Assembly (NCBI RefSeq): GCF_018977255.1
Contig: NW_024704743.1
Span: 1,488,001-1,552,000, forward strand
Length of the DNA: 64,000 bases
From: Callorhinchus milii
Lineage: Eukaryota
Reading direction: 5' to 3'
The translations under genes and the position numbers were made by a program. Under the pieces are notes generated by a model. That model did not search any database. It was not told the origin of the DNA and worked only from the letters and a program-made list of their open reading frames with translations. Shown here in pieces: positions 63,336 through 64,000 of this stretch. How positions within the stretch are numbered: the stretch's first letter is position 1; each line of letters opens with the position of its first letter.

Positions 63336-64000
63336 AATTTGTCGTCGCCGTTGTCATTGTGGCTCTGTTCCCCAGTCGTGGTGAGGCTAAACTATTAGAA
63401 ACCCAGCAGCAAAGTGGAGGTGATTGTCAGTGGGGACTGAGTGGGTGGGAACAGTTAATTACAATCCCGTTGCTGTGTGCTGTGAGAATGTTAATTGACG
63501 CCACCAAAGGAATTGCTGGGTTTCGACATGAAAAGAATAATAATAATCCCGGCATTTTATACAGCGCCTTATCACGTCTTCGGGACGTCTCAAAGCGCTT
63601 CACAGGATACGCTGTAAAGCAAAATAACCGTATACTTAGTGGGCGAAACATACAAAATATTATTAAGAGCAGTAACATAATAATCGTGGCATTTAGTCCA
63701 GCATCTGTAATATCCCTGTGTTTTACGGGTAATGTCGCTGTAAAGTGTAGTGACTGTGTATTTTTAATGGATGAACGCAGCAGCCAATTCGCACGCAGTG
63801 AATACACAGTAAATTCTACAGTCCAACCCTTACGACGTGAATGATCAACAACAAATTGTATCGTGGGAACGCCTTCCGCGTCCCGGATCAATTGATTTTG
63901 TGACCAATTATATCTGGTGGGGGGGGGGGGAGATTGTTGGCCAGGACACCGAGAGAGCGAGAGAGAGAGAGGGAGAGGGAGAGAGAGAAAAAGAAAAACC

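Overview
Vertebrate genomic DNA, very repeat-dense and GC/CpG-rich. The SINE/LINE families point to a cartilaginous fish, most likely a holocephalan (inference). The only protein-coding gene I can support is a complete PACAP receptor PAC1 (ADCYAP1R1, class B1 GPCR) on the minus strand. It has 13 constitutive coding exons, from ATG at 26509 to TGA at 358, all with GT-AG boundaries and compatible phases (1326 nt, 441 aa). An 81-nt 'hop' cassette exon at 8000-8080 gives a 468-aa form. The hop exon has only the hop2-type acceptor and a downstream RBFOX GCAUG motif. The 5' UTR appears to carry three short uORFs, one with a stop codon overlapping the main ATG. A probable non-coding first exon ends at 33626 in a CpG-rich region. 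In the ~30 kb upstream (34-64 kb) I recognised no exons: it is tRNA-derived Deu-domain SINEs, L2 and CR1 fragments, an unclassified poly(A)-ended repeat, microsatellites and a few unique enhancer-like blocks. A 30-N gap at 23861-23890 is flanked by a probable false duplication. I found no convincing wholly new biological system; the best leads are PAC1 splicing/translation control and LINE-derived minisatellites. Repeat coordinates are approximate.
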